A DNA stretch of 64,000 nucleotides from Lingula anatina. Taxonomy: Eukaryota; Animalia; Brachiopoda. The translations under genes were made by a program, and so were the position numbers. A model generated the notes under the pieces. That model made no database searches. It was not told where the DNA came from and saw nothing but the letters and a program-made list of their open reading frames with translations. Below are positions 1 through 14,500 of this stretch, one piece after another; the first letter of the stretch is position 1; the number at the start of each line of letters is the position of its first letter. The stretch is from NCBI GenBank assembly GCA_051362555.1, contig CM120642.1, forward strand, positions 3,534,001-3,598,000. Direction: 5' to 3'.

Positions 1-1742
1 AAAATGATTGAAATATGAAAAGTCCAGTGGGTCAAAAATGACATCAGCAGTTTTCAGTGAGAAAGAAAGAAAGACAATCAAATTCTTCAACTCCATTGCC
101 GTTTCACAGCAGTTTTCACTCAGTGTGGTCTAAGTGATTCCAGGTTATGTTGAGATTATATGGATATGAGTTTCCCCGTGAAGAAAGGAGGGGGTCTGAG
201 TTGAACACTTGTCTATCTGCCATTTGATTGCACATAGTTCATAACTGAGCACATTGACCATTTTGTTTTCTCAACCAAATTCTCCTCTAACACAATCAGT
301 TCATGTCAATACACCTGACTATACTACCTGTAGATAGACCTATGACTGTAAATGATTTTAATTAGTAATGATCATGATTTTATTTTGTTGATTACCAAAC
401 ATTATATGTAGATACATGGAGAAGTTATCTAAACAGAAGCAGGAATATCTAAAGTGTTAGTTTGTAGTCATCACTGTCATTGGCAGCCTATCAGTCAGAC
501 AGCCCTATAGATGGTGATGGGTACATACTAACATTGTTTAAGGTTTCCACTGCCTGTGTTAAGAGAACTTCTCACTGTAAGATACATATCTTAATGTAGT
601 GAACCTTCTCAATTCACTAATTACTATGTGAAAATTTATTATATATAATTGATAATTTCATAATTATCTTTTTCTTCAGTACAATTTTTAGATATTCCAG
701 GCTGTTAAGAAAACCTATTGTAAAATTGAGTTTGTTTTCAGAGTCAATTAATTTTTTTATTGATATATAAGAATGTTTGTCATCAACTTGTTTTGAAAAT
801 TTGTGGTTGTGTACTTGTAGTAAACTAAAAAAAAAAAAAAAGAATTCATGACATTAAGAGTTTGAATTTGTAGCCAAGGCCACCTTTTTCACTTCAGTGT
901 TTTAATAATATATTTTTTTCTTTTTTATCAAGTTCCTAACTTGTGGGTTAGGATAGAAATATGATTATTAACAAATCCTTGAAGGGACTACAAATTAAAG
1001 TACCAAGGCAAACTGTTGATTTCCTTATGTAGTCATCAAAGTCTCAGTTGGGGAAACAGATGTTTATTACCAGTCTCTAGTTAACATTGTCTTTTGACAC
1101 ATTGAAATTATCCGCTTTTTGACACAATATGTACCATTTAAATACTATTAGGAAAAAGTGAATAACAAGTAAAGTGAAACAGTAGGGTAACAAAGGGTGG
1201 CAAAGGCTAGTGGTTTGATTAGTTTTAGTTAAAGCATTGGACTTTTGAATTTGACATTTGTGATGCTGTTGCAATAGGTTCATTTCACAAAAGAAGTGAA
1301 TCTCTGAGTCACATCAGTGATGCATTTCTCTCCACATTGGAGGGTACTACAGTATTTAACTGATACAGCAAAAATAATGGGACAAGGCAGAGGTAGAGCT
1401 ACGCAAATATAACCTGAAATACGGCTATCTTTGATGTGGCTCAGAGAGACACTTTTTTGTGGAATGACTCAACATTGCAGCTTGTTTGACTCACTAGTAT
1501 TTAAATAATTGACTAGTCTGGTGGATAAAAATAAATCATTTTGACTAAATGATATTAAGTTGATATTTACTAAAATGAAATATTTTGCAACTCTATCACT
1601 GAAATTGGTTAAGAGTTTTTTTAGGATGAAAAGTAAATTTAGCTATAATAAATATAATTAAAAAGATTACATGAGAGTAAGATGAGCTGCAGTAAGTAAA
1701 ATAATAAATAATTTAACCAATCTACCTGATCTGTGTTTGTAG

Positions 1743-4700
1743 AATCTGTCAAGTTGGAAGCAGCGGAGGCGAAGTAAGTCGTCACACTCGTACCAAGTGA
1801 AGGAGGACTTAGACAACATGTTCCAAGAGGAGGAACCCAAATCTGGGCGAGGCATAAAATCTTTTGCAGAAATGAGAAAAGAAAGGTGGGTACCTCAAAT
1901 ATGATAGAATTAATTCTGTATTAATTACATATAAAGAAGTGTTGAAAAACAGAATGAAGAAAATGTTTTAAAATGGACATAAAAGCTTGAAGCACTGTGA
2001 GGGGAGTGTGCAGGGGTGGATCCAGAGTTATTTTCTGACAGTCTTCCAAATTATCTTTGTTGATCCATCCTCCATTTTTTGACCGTCTTCCGACAGAAAT
2101 AATTAGATACCCGTCAATGTAAACTTGAAAATCTGACCGTCTTCCAGAAGACCCAGAAGACGCCCTAAATCCGCCCGAGTGTGTGTATTTATTACACAAA
2201 ATAAGTAGTAAAATGCGTTGAATGAAAAAATAACCAGTTGGATGAAAAAATTATTTCAACAAAACTAAAGCATTTTACTTGTCGTATGCACATACTTCTT
2301 GGGTAATACACAAAATGCATGAAAGTAAACATTATTGCTATAAAGAATGAATTTTTTCAGGGAGGCTAGAAGAAGTTTTAACTATTTCCCATATAATGAT
2401 GGAGATGAAGATGAAAATGTATTTTCCAATATACCAAAAAGAGAGGACAGGACTGAGAAGTTGGACTGGAGGAAAGAAAAGTCAAAATCCATGGATTTAA
2501 GCTCCTACAAGCAAGACAAAAAATCAGAGGAAAAGGAAGATAGAGGCAGTAAGCTTGCTAATCTTCGAAGTCGATACGAAGATCTCGATTCTGCCAAAAT
2601 GCCTCCTCCCAGGAGCCCTCCTAAACCTGCCCCTAGGAAGGTACATGTAGCTTGTCATCACAAACGTTGATTTTCATAGCAATAGATCTGTACATTGTAA
2701 AGCCAAATGATCTTGTTTATAGAGGATATCAAACTGTAAAATTAAATTTTAATCTTTAAAAATTACATTTGTGGGTGTAAAGGAGATTGGGGGGCGGGGG
2801 TATTCTAGATCAAGCAGTGCTTATATATACTCAAATTAAACAAGAAAAAAAATCTTATCTCATAAAGATCTGATGTAAAGGCATTTGCACATATCTTTGC
2901 TGTGTTCATATTTTTTCTTTGGTATGTAAAGCTTGTGACCAGTGATTCAAAATATTATAACAAAACATTTTTCTTGGTATTTGCAGCCCAAGCAAGAGCC
3001 CATAATACCAGTGGAAGATGTCATTGTTGAATCAAATCACAAACACAGCCATGATGGCAGCCATTCTGAATCCAGCACTGACGTCGAAGCTCAGAACAAA
3101 CGGAACAAGGCGACCGAGAGAGAGATCATCCCAACCAGCACAGCTTCGCTGCAGATGGTGCCAAAGAAGCAGACTGAAGAAGAGGAGGAGGAAGATACAG
3201 AAGAATCAGAGGAGGAAGAGAGTGAAGATGAAAAGGACAAATCAAAACCTTTGTCTCAACCATTCAGACCTTTTGTTTCCAGTAACAGTAGGGGATCTTT
3301 ACATGTGAGTTCTGTGAAAGGAAACAAATGGACATTTAAGACTGAGTTAACTTTCACAGTGTTTAATTCAAATAGATGTGAAATAGATGTGATAGTACGC
3401 ATATAAAGTTTTACCACAAAAATAAGACATTTAAGAAAAAAAGACCATGTGTTGTTTATCCTCTCAGTTATGATTTTTCAATATCTTGCTCTTTACAATC
3501 TCTTTTCAGGGCATGGTTGAAGAGAAAGTAACCATTGTAAAACAGACGGAGAGAGAAACCACGTTTGGTTTCACGTTGAAAGGGGGGCGTGACCAGTGTG
3601 CGCCACTGGTTGTGGACACGGTGAATGTTGGTGAGTGGATTAGTCTCAGCACCACTTTGCTGAAAAAATGAGTATTGTTATGCCATCCAGTGCTCAATGG
3701 TCAAAAGTATAAGTTCTGTTTTTGTTTGTGTGTTGAGACAGAACGCACGTTTACACACGAACAGAACGAACGAACGCACAGAACTATTCAAAATTTGTCA
3801 GTGTACTTTTTTGAGTATACTAAATGCTCTGTTTTTGAAGTTGAGAACTGCATATTGGTCTTCATCTTAACCACATTTCATGGACATACAAAATCAAAGA
3901 AAAGTAATTCTTTAACAAAATTAATTCATAAAGAAGAAAAAAAAAGAAAAAGAGGCAATCCACTTTGCAATGTCAGCTCTTCTTATAAAATTTAAAAGTG
4001 TAAAATAAGAAGTAGATACACACACACACACACAAAAAAAGAAAGCAAATGCCACTTGGCTGTAATTTTTTTTTAAAGTGTAAATAGAATTTAACAACAG
4101 CTGATACAGTCAAGTATTTAAATGTTTTACTAGGGTCCAGTGCTGATGTGTGTGGACTTGATGAAGGTGATGAAGTGATAAGTGTAAATGGAGATGAAGT
4201 AGCTGAACTGTTTCGAGGATCAGTAATGCTAAAAGTAAACCAGTCATTAAAGAAAGGAAAAGTAGAAATTATTGTGAGACGAACAAAAGAAGGTGAGTGG
4301 TAAATAGTTGGCAATGTGTATTTTGACCAGAGAAATAGCTGGATAGAATGGAACATAATTGTATTTAATGCCAAAACGTACTCATTCATCCAGTAGTGGT
4401 AAAAAAGAAACACATTTAATTTTAAAGTGGATCACATGTGACCAGCTCATCTGGGTCAGCTTCTCTGGAGAGATCTTCGTTTGAGGTGTTAATTATATAG
4501 AAAGTTCCTATATTTCATGCACTTATATTCGTAACATGATTGCATTTATCAGTAGAAATGATTTTGGGTGTTTATAAACTTGTTGTATGTCATTATCCTC
4601 TGATTCATATGATAAGAGTAGAGTGATTCTGTTATACCTTGGAGCACTACAAATAGAGAATGTTCTTGTTCATGTAGCCTCACTGAAGATAAATGCCAGA

Positions 4701-5463
4701 TTACCTCTCAAAGAGCCAGAAGCAGTGTCAAATAAACTGGTGGATTACGACTCAGAGTCAGACAGTGAAAAGAAGACGGAGAAGGAAACCACAGCACCGC
4801 AAGTGGAGGAGCAGCAAGTACAGACACAGGTTAGCGAAAAAGAAGCATGTGAAGAAAATTCATACCCTCTATAGACTGTTATTTCTAAATTACTTGCTGT
4901 GATGGTGCTTTTTTTTCCAGGAATGTAAAAAAATATCCATATCTTTGATTTGAATGTACTAACGTAGTTTTAATGTTCTTCTAGAGAGAATAATCTTTAA
5001 GAGCTTTGAGATATAAGATTAAATTTGACTTTTATGTCTCTCTGAGTTCTTTTTTCCTTATACCCTTTTGCCTAATAAAAAAACATCCATTTTTATGCGG
5101 TTTATAAATTTTTTAAGTGTTTGTCATATTTCAGAATGTTAGAAATTATATTACTTTACAACAATGGCAGTTGGTTTATAACACTTTAAGTTTGAAGGGC
5201 AAATATCTTTTTGACAGAAGTCACAGTTCCAGTAATAGTGTAAGGGGAAATGTATGGTACCTAACTTGATTGAAAACAAGGCCTAACTTGATTAAAAATG
5301 GTGCCTAACTTGATTGAAAATGGCTTCGCAATGAATGAACCCAATTAAATCTGAATGCAGCCACTCATTAAGACTTTGTCTTTGTGCCAGGTACAACCAG
5401 TAGAGAATGGTCTGTCCAGTCCTCCCAGTACTGACACTTTCACTTCTGAGGATGAGAAACAGG

Positions 5464-5529
<66 letters not shown>

Positions 5530-8500
5530 TAAACTAAGCCTAGTAGGAACAAACAACTACATAATAAAATATTTAATATTTAATGTGATTTTCATCTTTA
5601 GACTGTTTATTTTGCTTTCAATTGCAGAAAACATGGATTAGCATTAATAGATTATTTACAAAGACATATTCACATCTCTTTCTTCATCAACTTTAACTTT
5701 GCAGAATGTTTGTTTTATAGGGATTTTTTTTTTTTGTTATTTTATTGCAAAATATTTAGAATGGATAGAATTCAACTTTTGTTTGATTAATAGTCAATTG
5801 TATGAATGTGTTTTCAGAGAGAGAAAGATGCTGAAGTAACAAGAATCAAAAAAGAAAATATCAAGCGCAGGTCTGACTTTTTGGGACTTGAAAAAGATAC
5901 AGTTGATTCAGGTAAGAGATATCTGTAGGCTTAACTGAAAGTGTTCAAAGTATCTCTAATATCCAGTTTGCAAAATATTTTATTTTCATGATAACAATAA
6001 TCTTCTTTATTCAATATGCAAAATGACAAATTAAGTTTTTAGCAGTTATTAAACAAACAATATAAGTTAACTTTAAAGAAATTACTTTTTTTAGTTTTAT
6101 TAATGAGCATATTTTTGAAATTTACACCCACTGGAAGGGTCTTTTTGATTTGGTAAATTTTTGTCATCCTTGTTATGATTGAAAAGAAAGCTGACTTAAT
6201 ATATATTATCATATACCATTCATACTGTATAATACTCATAATGACCAAATCTGTTTATTTGAAGTTGCATCTGAATATTTTAACTTGTGGATAAATCAGT
6301 TTTTGAATGCCCAACATTGCAGGTGCTAAACCCCTTACTAGTACATGGCCACCCAAAATGGAGGTTAGCCAAACAATACAGCTCCAGAAACCTGCTCAAA
6401 ATCCACCCCAGGCCTCCCCCGAGGTACAGGCCACAGTTGGAAAGGAATTCTCCTTCCAAGTTCAAGAGGACAAAAGTAAAGACATTGAAGCAAAAGAGCG
6501 AGAAATCATTGAAAATTTAGAGAGGGAGGAACAGCTGAAGAATATTAACAAAAGTGCTAGTCTTCCTGCACATGCTCGCGCAATGAGCATGGAACATTTA
6601 AGGTCTGTGGGGACCACGAGTAAGGAGATTGAAATAGAGAGCCGGGTTGCGAAAGACTTTGAGTCTGCTCTTCAGCAGCAACCTAGAAAAAGTGCTTCGT
6701 TGAATCGGCGCAGCTTCTTTAGCATAGATGAAGAAAGAAAGCGTATGGAGGAATGGGGTAAAGAACAGGAGAGGCGCAGACAGGTGAGCCAAAGTTTTCT
6801 TTTTTTCTTAATGAATTGATGCTTTATTATTTGATTTGTTCTCTGAGAAAGTTTGAATCCTCATCTTTTTTTTTCAAGAGAAAGATATTTTTTGTTTTCT
6901 GGTATTTGTCTTGTAGAGACAAAACTCTTCTTTTTCTTCCATGCAACTCATTTGTGACTTGAATATTTTGACACCTCCCAAAACTTGCAATCTTTACTTT
7001 TGGCAGTCCCTTTTGTCTGCTTAAGTTTTATCAACTTCAAAATGCAGCAGGGAAATAAACAGAAAATTAAAGTACTTTTAAATGACATTTAAAAGAATAA
7101 AGAAACTATGGAGAAAAATTGAAAGAACACATAAAATGATCTAAGTGAAGCTTTTGCTTTCAGCTAAATTGTCAAGGCAATACGAAATAGACAGCTTTTT
7201 ATAGAAGTAGTTTTGCATTTTACAGAATGGTGCATTACACTTGTGCATTTTGGACTAATTTTTCCATAGATTAACTGCATAACCAAATACGGAAATGTTA
7301 ACTAAAGACAACCAGATGAATGGAAATAGTTTAATATGTATGCTGTAATTATATTGGTGTCCATGTGTGCAGTTTAATTGCATGTGATCGAAATTTCCTT
7401 TCAGAGTAAAAAATTCTTTCAACATTTACTAGTATATTGCACGATTTGCTAATTTTTGTTGTTATTTTATCAACAACATATCTACTTCAATAGTAGGACC
7501 AAAAACAAAATCACGGCACTGCACATATAGCTGTTCCTCCCTACATCGATGATGCAAAAGAACTTGTGTCCTAACATATGGGTATTAATTAGGGAAACTC
7601 AACTTCTCCGTCTTTCTGTCTTAGTATCATGTACAGGAGGGTTTATAATCAACATTCAACTTTTTAATGAACTTCCTTTCACACTGTACACAGTATATGT
7701 CCATTTTTCCTCAGCCTTCTCATAGACCTTTCCTCCAGAAGGCAAACACTGTGGCTAGTTTGAAGGTAATTAACATTAACTTCATGTATGTAACTGTCAT
7801 GGCGGCCATGTACTGTCATGGCGGTCATTGCTGGAGTGGTTATAACGGGAAAGCCCAGGTTTTGCAATGATAATTGTGTATTTAGTCGTAAGGTGTTTGC
7901 ACGGACCCTGCGTTTGCTTCTTTGTACATATTAACCCCAAATATGTATCATTGTGCTTGCATTGCTTGCTGTAATATAACCACAGATGATGTAATTTTTT
8001 AGCACTTTAAAATATTACCTTTTGCAATGACATGCTTAACCCTGCTGCTTATATGCTTTTATCCCTTTTCATTTTCCTACCGAAACTTCAAATATCCTAT
8101 GAAATCTGTTAGAATTATTGTAAAAGTGGATTTTTTTAGCCTGCAGGATTTTGGCATTTTTAACAATTGTATATTTACCTTAAAGTGTTGTAAAGGTATT
8201 ATGTACGTTTGTACTGCTAAGAATAAATAGGTCATTGAGTCTGTCATGTTTTTCAGGTTTTCTCGGGTAGCTTTTATGTTTTTTTTTTTTGTTTGTTTGC
8301 AAATCATGTTATGCAGAATATTTTCCAAAATATATGGATTTTTAAAGACTAAAGCTGGTGCTTCATTAATTGTATGACTTTTTAAAAGTAGCTTAGCTTG
8401 CCCTGCCTGTGTTTTTTATTTATGTTTGTTTAGATCAGTGGAAGCATGCCACTGCTTATATTTAGGATTATTTTGGTGTCTGTGATGAAAAAATTAAAGC

Positions 8501-11500
8501 TTTCAGCCCCCAAAAATTTCCGCTTTCTTTTGCCTTCTAAAGTGATTTCAATATTTCAAGGATTTTGTGTTATTCTGTTTGTGTTATTATTTGTCAATTG
8601 TTCATTAAAGTGTCTAGTGCTAGTCTGTACTAAAGGTATTTCAATTTTGCTCATTAACATAGCTGATAAATGCTGGATTTCATGATTGATCACATAAAAC
8701 AGAAGTTTTAAATTTTGGATTTTACATCAATATTTGCATATATAGGAAATCCTCTGCCCCATATTTGCGTCATGCATGTGTAATTTTGTCAAAATTTCTG
8801 ATTATTTGAAAAGATTTTTGTTTCATTACTTGATCTAAATTATGTATTGATCTATCATGCCAGTCCTCCATTGACTTTCAGGAACAATATGAACGTGAGC
8901 AGCAGCAGTTACAGGAACAGTACAAAAAAGACCAGCAGAGAGCACAGGAGCTGAAGATTAATCTGGTTCAGCCTCAACAACAAAAACAACAGGTCAGTAA
9001 AGAAGGTTAAGTACCCCCCAGCCCACACCCCTTACAACCCCTCTCCCCATTATTTTAAGTGCTTCAGTAGGATCCTCTTAAATATAGAAAAGAATTTCTT
9101 TTCTCAGAAAAGAGGGGGGGGGGGAGAATACTTGAAAGATGACTTGAAATGACCTGACCTTTGACCACTGCATTATTTGCAGACAGAAATTAGGAATCCA
9201 GTATTTTGTTTTAGAAAAGGAGGCAAGAAGCTACACAAATGTTATTTTATAACACTGTATAAATGCAAAATGACATTTCATTGTTACATTATCTTTAGAA
9301 GTAGATTTTTATTCAATATTTAAGTACAGCATAATTATTTAAAGGGATAATAACTCTTCGTATGAGACCTTTATTTCACAATAAAAACCTTGTGAATAAC
9401 TCATAGAAATATAATATATTCTGTTTTACCAAGAAAACAGCAGTTATAGCTTTTATTCTGATATTTGAACTTGTCTTTAGACCACGTGACCTCCATTGAT
9501 GTCTATACTCTGTTAAAATCTCTTAAGAGATTTTAACAAAAAACCAAACTTTTTAGAAAAAAACCAGGGACTGACTTTGAATGTAAAAATGGATTCATTA
9601 ACCATTGGTAAGTATGGGAAAATTGTTGTTTACTCCAGGAAAATTCATTTTTTGGCCGAAACGAAGAGTTATTATTGCTTTAAGAACTAATAAAGAACTC
9701 TCCCAGGCACAATGGCAGTGTTAGATCTTTGTCACATTAAAACTTATTGATGTCATGTAAGGTCTCTTACATCTTAGTAATCATGTTTGTGTCAGAAAAG
9801 GTGTGTCATTTTGCATCACCGTGACACCTGTAAGTGTCCCACGATGACATACGAGATGACTAGACCAGTTAAGGGAAAGGTTGTGAACAGCATGAAATAG
9901 GCACTCTGTTGCATGTTAATGATAATATGAAAAATGCACACCATGGCTTGGTTTTGAATAGACAACAAAAATACATGTAAGGGCTTGGTATATCTACTCA
10001 TAAGTGTCATTTTCCTGGAAATGACAAATTTGTTGGGGCATGATCCTGTAAATTGTTAAAGTTGCTGAGGCATGATCTTGAACTTGATAGTTTATATCAA
10101 AGCATGTTTTGGAGGTTATACTTTCGGCACAAGGCAAGGTTTTAAATTAATAATATTCAATAGTATTTATTTATATTACACAAACTCTTGGGATCAAAAA
10201 GCTGATTTTTTCTTCCTCATTAATGAAGTCCTATCATTTAAAATGTGCCATAAGTATTGCCATCATTAAGTAAAAAGAACAGTTAGCATACAGAGTAAGT
10301 GATAGGAGGAATTAAGACTTCAAGGGAAATTTCAAGTGATAAGATTACATTTTAGGAGTATAGTCCCATAGACTCAGTGTAAGATAACAATGAAAAGTCA
10401 TTGACATGTTTAATAAATAAAGAAGAAATAGCTCACCATTACCCATAATTCAAATTAAAGAAGAGCTGTCTATTTTGCCACTAGGCTTAACCTCGGCCAT
10501 CTTAATTATTTTGTATAGAAGATCCACACTAAAAGCTCATTATTTATTCATATATTTGATATACAATACCAATGGCATGTACTATATAAAGGTAACATGG
10601 CATTGGTATGTTATTACAAAAATTAATGTACTGTTTTGGGAGTGGAGATATTTAGTTTATGTAAATGCAGACATCACCAACAGTTTGTTCTTGACATATG
10701 GGCAAAAACATGTGCTGCATGAAATAGGTGTGCACTTGGATTTTCTATATATATATATTTATATATGTATATTATGTAAAAGGGAAGGTGTATGATACAC
10801 AAAATGTACATGGAAAAAGTTACAGATGGGAACATGTATATGGACTGAGGAAAGCTGGTGTATGGACACATCTATAAAAAGAGCACTCTGCATCCTGGCC
10901 AGGTGTTTGAACCAGACAGGGAGTGGACATCCTATGACACTACTTGAACGCGGCAGTGCATGATCAACTGTAACAGGTTTTTCTCTTCTTGACCAGTTAA
11001 AATGGACGCCATACAAACCCTGCATGTAAAAATGTATATAGAGGTTACATTTTGTATGGGATATTCTATGGGTAATTCTCAGGAGTGTGATAAATTGGAA
11101 TTTTGCATGCTGACCTCCATGTTGGATATTATTGGCTGATGGCTGTAGAGACAGTGGTATTGCTTGTGTAATGGCATGGGTCGGCACTGTATACAACATG
11201 GCAGGAACACTGAGAATCTTGTCGCCTTTGGATAATTGCAATTGTTGTTGTCAGTACATATTGCTCTTTGGAATCAACAGGTCAATTTGAAAGGACTTCA
11301 CCGACAAATGAGTGCCATTGAGGAGGAGGAAGCACCAGTCTCTTATGATGGTCCAGCAGAAGATAATTTTATCTTCAAGAAGGATGTGAATCTTCATCTT
11401 GATTTTTTGTGTCTTAATTGCACCAAATATGTCAAAACTCATTCCAAGCTGAATTTCAAGATTGCTTCTGTGAATGAGTCCACTACAGAAGATATTTCAT

Positions 11501-14500
11501 TGGATTCCAACTGTGATGTGTGCAGAAATGCAGGAGATGTATCTTCTCATGGCACTGGCAATAAGAGTATTTGTGGCAGTCACCACAATTCAAACCCTGC
11601 TGCCAGTTGTTGTGAAGACGTCCAGATTTCGTGTGATCAGGGTCTCCTTATCCTAGAGAGCAATGCTATTCAATTCCCTCACGGTGCTATGGTGGAACCC
11701 AAAGTAAAGGTTGTTCTTGTGGAAATTGAGGATGTAAATCAGCGTCCAGGCACTCCAGGACCTGGTCTGGTGGACATTCTCTCTCCTAATGCAGCCGCTG
11801 GTAAATCAAACAGTCCAAGCCAAGTCAGTGTCTTCTCTTCTGATGTTAATCCATCTCAACCCCTAGAAGTCCTCATCAATGGCAGTGTAGTAAGTAGGAA
11901 TACAATATTCAGTACTACCCCTGTAGAAAAAATTCATAATGAAACCAAAGATGGCAATGGCCATGAAATGGGTAAACCAACAAAAGATGGCACCCATGAA
12001 GGCCTGCATCATCTTGATGATTTGCAAAATGATTTAGTAACCAATGAAAAAGAAATTGAAGGTAAAGATGTGTGCAACCTCCAAATGGCCCAGTTTGAAG
12101 GGGCATCCAGAGGGACGTGGTACCCCATCATGAATAAAGAAACTGGAGAAAGATGCACCATGTCTTATAAAGAACCAGGGCTTGCTATGGCCCTGCCTGA
12201 ATGGAATCCTATAGAATTATATTCCCCACCCTCTGAAAACCCCAAACAAAATGGCGTCCTGGCTGAATGTAACCCTGATGAAGGGAGCTTACTGCTCACT
12301 TTTACCCCAGACTTGATTTCATCTCATACCTGCAGCCCATACACAGTCCAAGATGACCAGCAGGATGATGACACGGAAAGTTTCCAAAATTCTGCGACAT
12401 TTTCCACAGACCCATCGTTTGCAGATGGCTTGGAGGACGGTAGTATTTTTCATAGTGAGGGAAATGGTCTGAGTGATGATGAAGGTGAAGATGATAATGG
12501 TATTGATGATTATATGATGGGGTTTCTCCTAAGTAAAAATTCTAGATTATTTTCCTCAGCTGGACTGCCAAAATCCAGTGATTTGGTTGATGATTTAAAA
12601 GGTCAGGTTGTGAAAGATGATGTTGACAAACTGGATAAAAATGTACAGAAGCCCAGTAGGAGAAAAGCCCAAGATACCACCAATGAATTTTGCATGAAAG
12701 ATTTTGCTGAAAAGAAATTCGGTGAATCTAATGGTAATGGACCTAATGGTAATGGACCTCACAAAAACTCCCTCCTACCTTCAAAAGAAAAATCCCTAAG
12801 AGAAAAGAACCAAACAAATGGAAACTTAAATGATGCAAAAGAAACCAGCAATAAAGCAAAACCTTGTGAACAGTCATTCATTTTCTCTTCTAAAATTATG
12901 GAAAATGATCCAAATATTGACCTTGAGAAAGAGAGTAAATATAGCAGTGCAGATAATTTGACAAAAGATGTGTTGTCTGCTAGTTTAGAAAGTGAATTCC
13001 AGGAGTGTGATATCCTACCTGGGTGTAGGTCATCTCAAAGACTTTTATCACATGGTGAAATAGATGAAATAGATGGCTCATTAGACATCGAAACACATCA
13101 CGATGTTCTTGGAGAAAATAATCAAAGCAAAGCTAAGAAGATGGTGAAGCTGATTAAGACCCAGAGCGATCCTCTTTTGACCAGCAAATTCTCTACCTGC
13201 ATCCTTGAGTTAAAGAAAGAGCAGAGAATTCCAAAGAAAAAACACAAAGACAGCATTACAGAAGTGCACGAACATCGAAATTTGCTGCGTAACATACTTG
13301 AGAGAGAAAAAGCTGAACTTCAGCAAAATGAAGAGCTTGAAAATTTGAAAGGAAATATTGTTCCTGGTAGTACTGAGAAGTACATTCAGTACTCTAAAGT
13401 TCAGAAATATCTGGATGAAGAGGAAAGGCATAAAGTTCAGTGCAAAAAAGAGAACCAAAAGAAAAAGACTAATGAACAAAAAAATAATAATCAAAATGCA
13501 GTTGCCCCAATTGCTTCAGACCAACATAGAATGGTTTCTAAAAACCCTTCTCCTGGTAAAGATAACAAAATAAGTATTGAAAATAAATCCATAGATGAAA
13601 GGCGGGCTCAGCAGGAAAAATCTTTGAAATTTTCGTCCAGATGTGCGCCTCGATCCTGGAATGATTTCCTCAAGCACTGTGTGCCTGGGAGTGTGACTAA
13701 AACTGAGAACGGCAACAGCAAGTTCCATATTTCGACACAACATTTCAAGAAAACATCCTTTCCTCAACAACATGGAAAGCACAATGGTTGTCATACCCTG
13801 GGCAGCACACCTAACACATTCTCTGAAGCAACCCCATTGGAAAATTGTCATGGAGCTCAAAACGGTGGTATTTCAGAGGTCGGTGTCGATTCTGAAATTG
13901 ACAAGGAAGTACAGCAGATCATTTTAGGCAGAGAGAAGGTACTGTTTGAATTTTAGTCTCAGCATGTGGAGAAGTTTGTGGAATTGCATGCCCAAGATTG
14001 AAATTCAATTTAAAAACATTTGCAAAATAAAAATAGTGACCGTGTTGATGGATTATGAAGATTAACAGGGTTTTATCTAGGTAATTATTATGAAATCTAT
14101 ATAAAATGATGTGTATGCATGAAGGAATATGTCATGGTTGTGATATCTGCTGAGAATATTATCTAGATAAATATTATAATTTAATTATTTCAATAAGAGT
14201 CTGGTCTATTAATGATGTTTTGTTTGTGGTGAATTGTTGACTTTTTTCTTGGCTCTATAAAGTGAACTTGATGGCTGGTTCTTTTGTCTCTTTTAATTTT
14301 CTTTGCTTGCATTTTTTTGTTTTCTTTGAATACAACATTTCATTTACACCTAAACATTTTATTTTTGACAATTTATGCATTTATAAAGAAGAAAGAAACC
14401 TTTTTGGTCAGTAGCAAGTTAGAATAAATTAGCACAGAGCTTGGATGTTGTTGCAGGTAATATTCATGTATTATTGAACTCTGTGCCTGAACAGAGAGCA

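Noticed and set aside
10475-11241. ORFs of 106 and 160 aa upstream of the giant exon
   Set aside because: Intronic AT-rich sequence without motifs or usable splice structure.
11236-13956. The 906-aa ORF as an intronic retroelement or transposase
   Set aside because: It has no RT, integrase or DDE motifs and no LTR, TIR or TSD, while in-frame splice sites are present at both ends.
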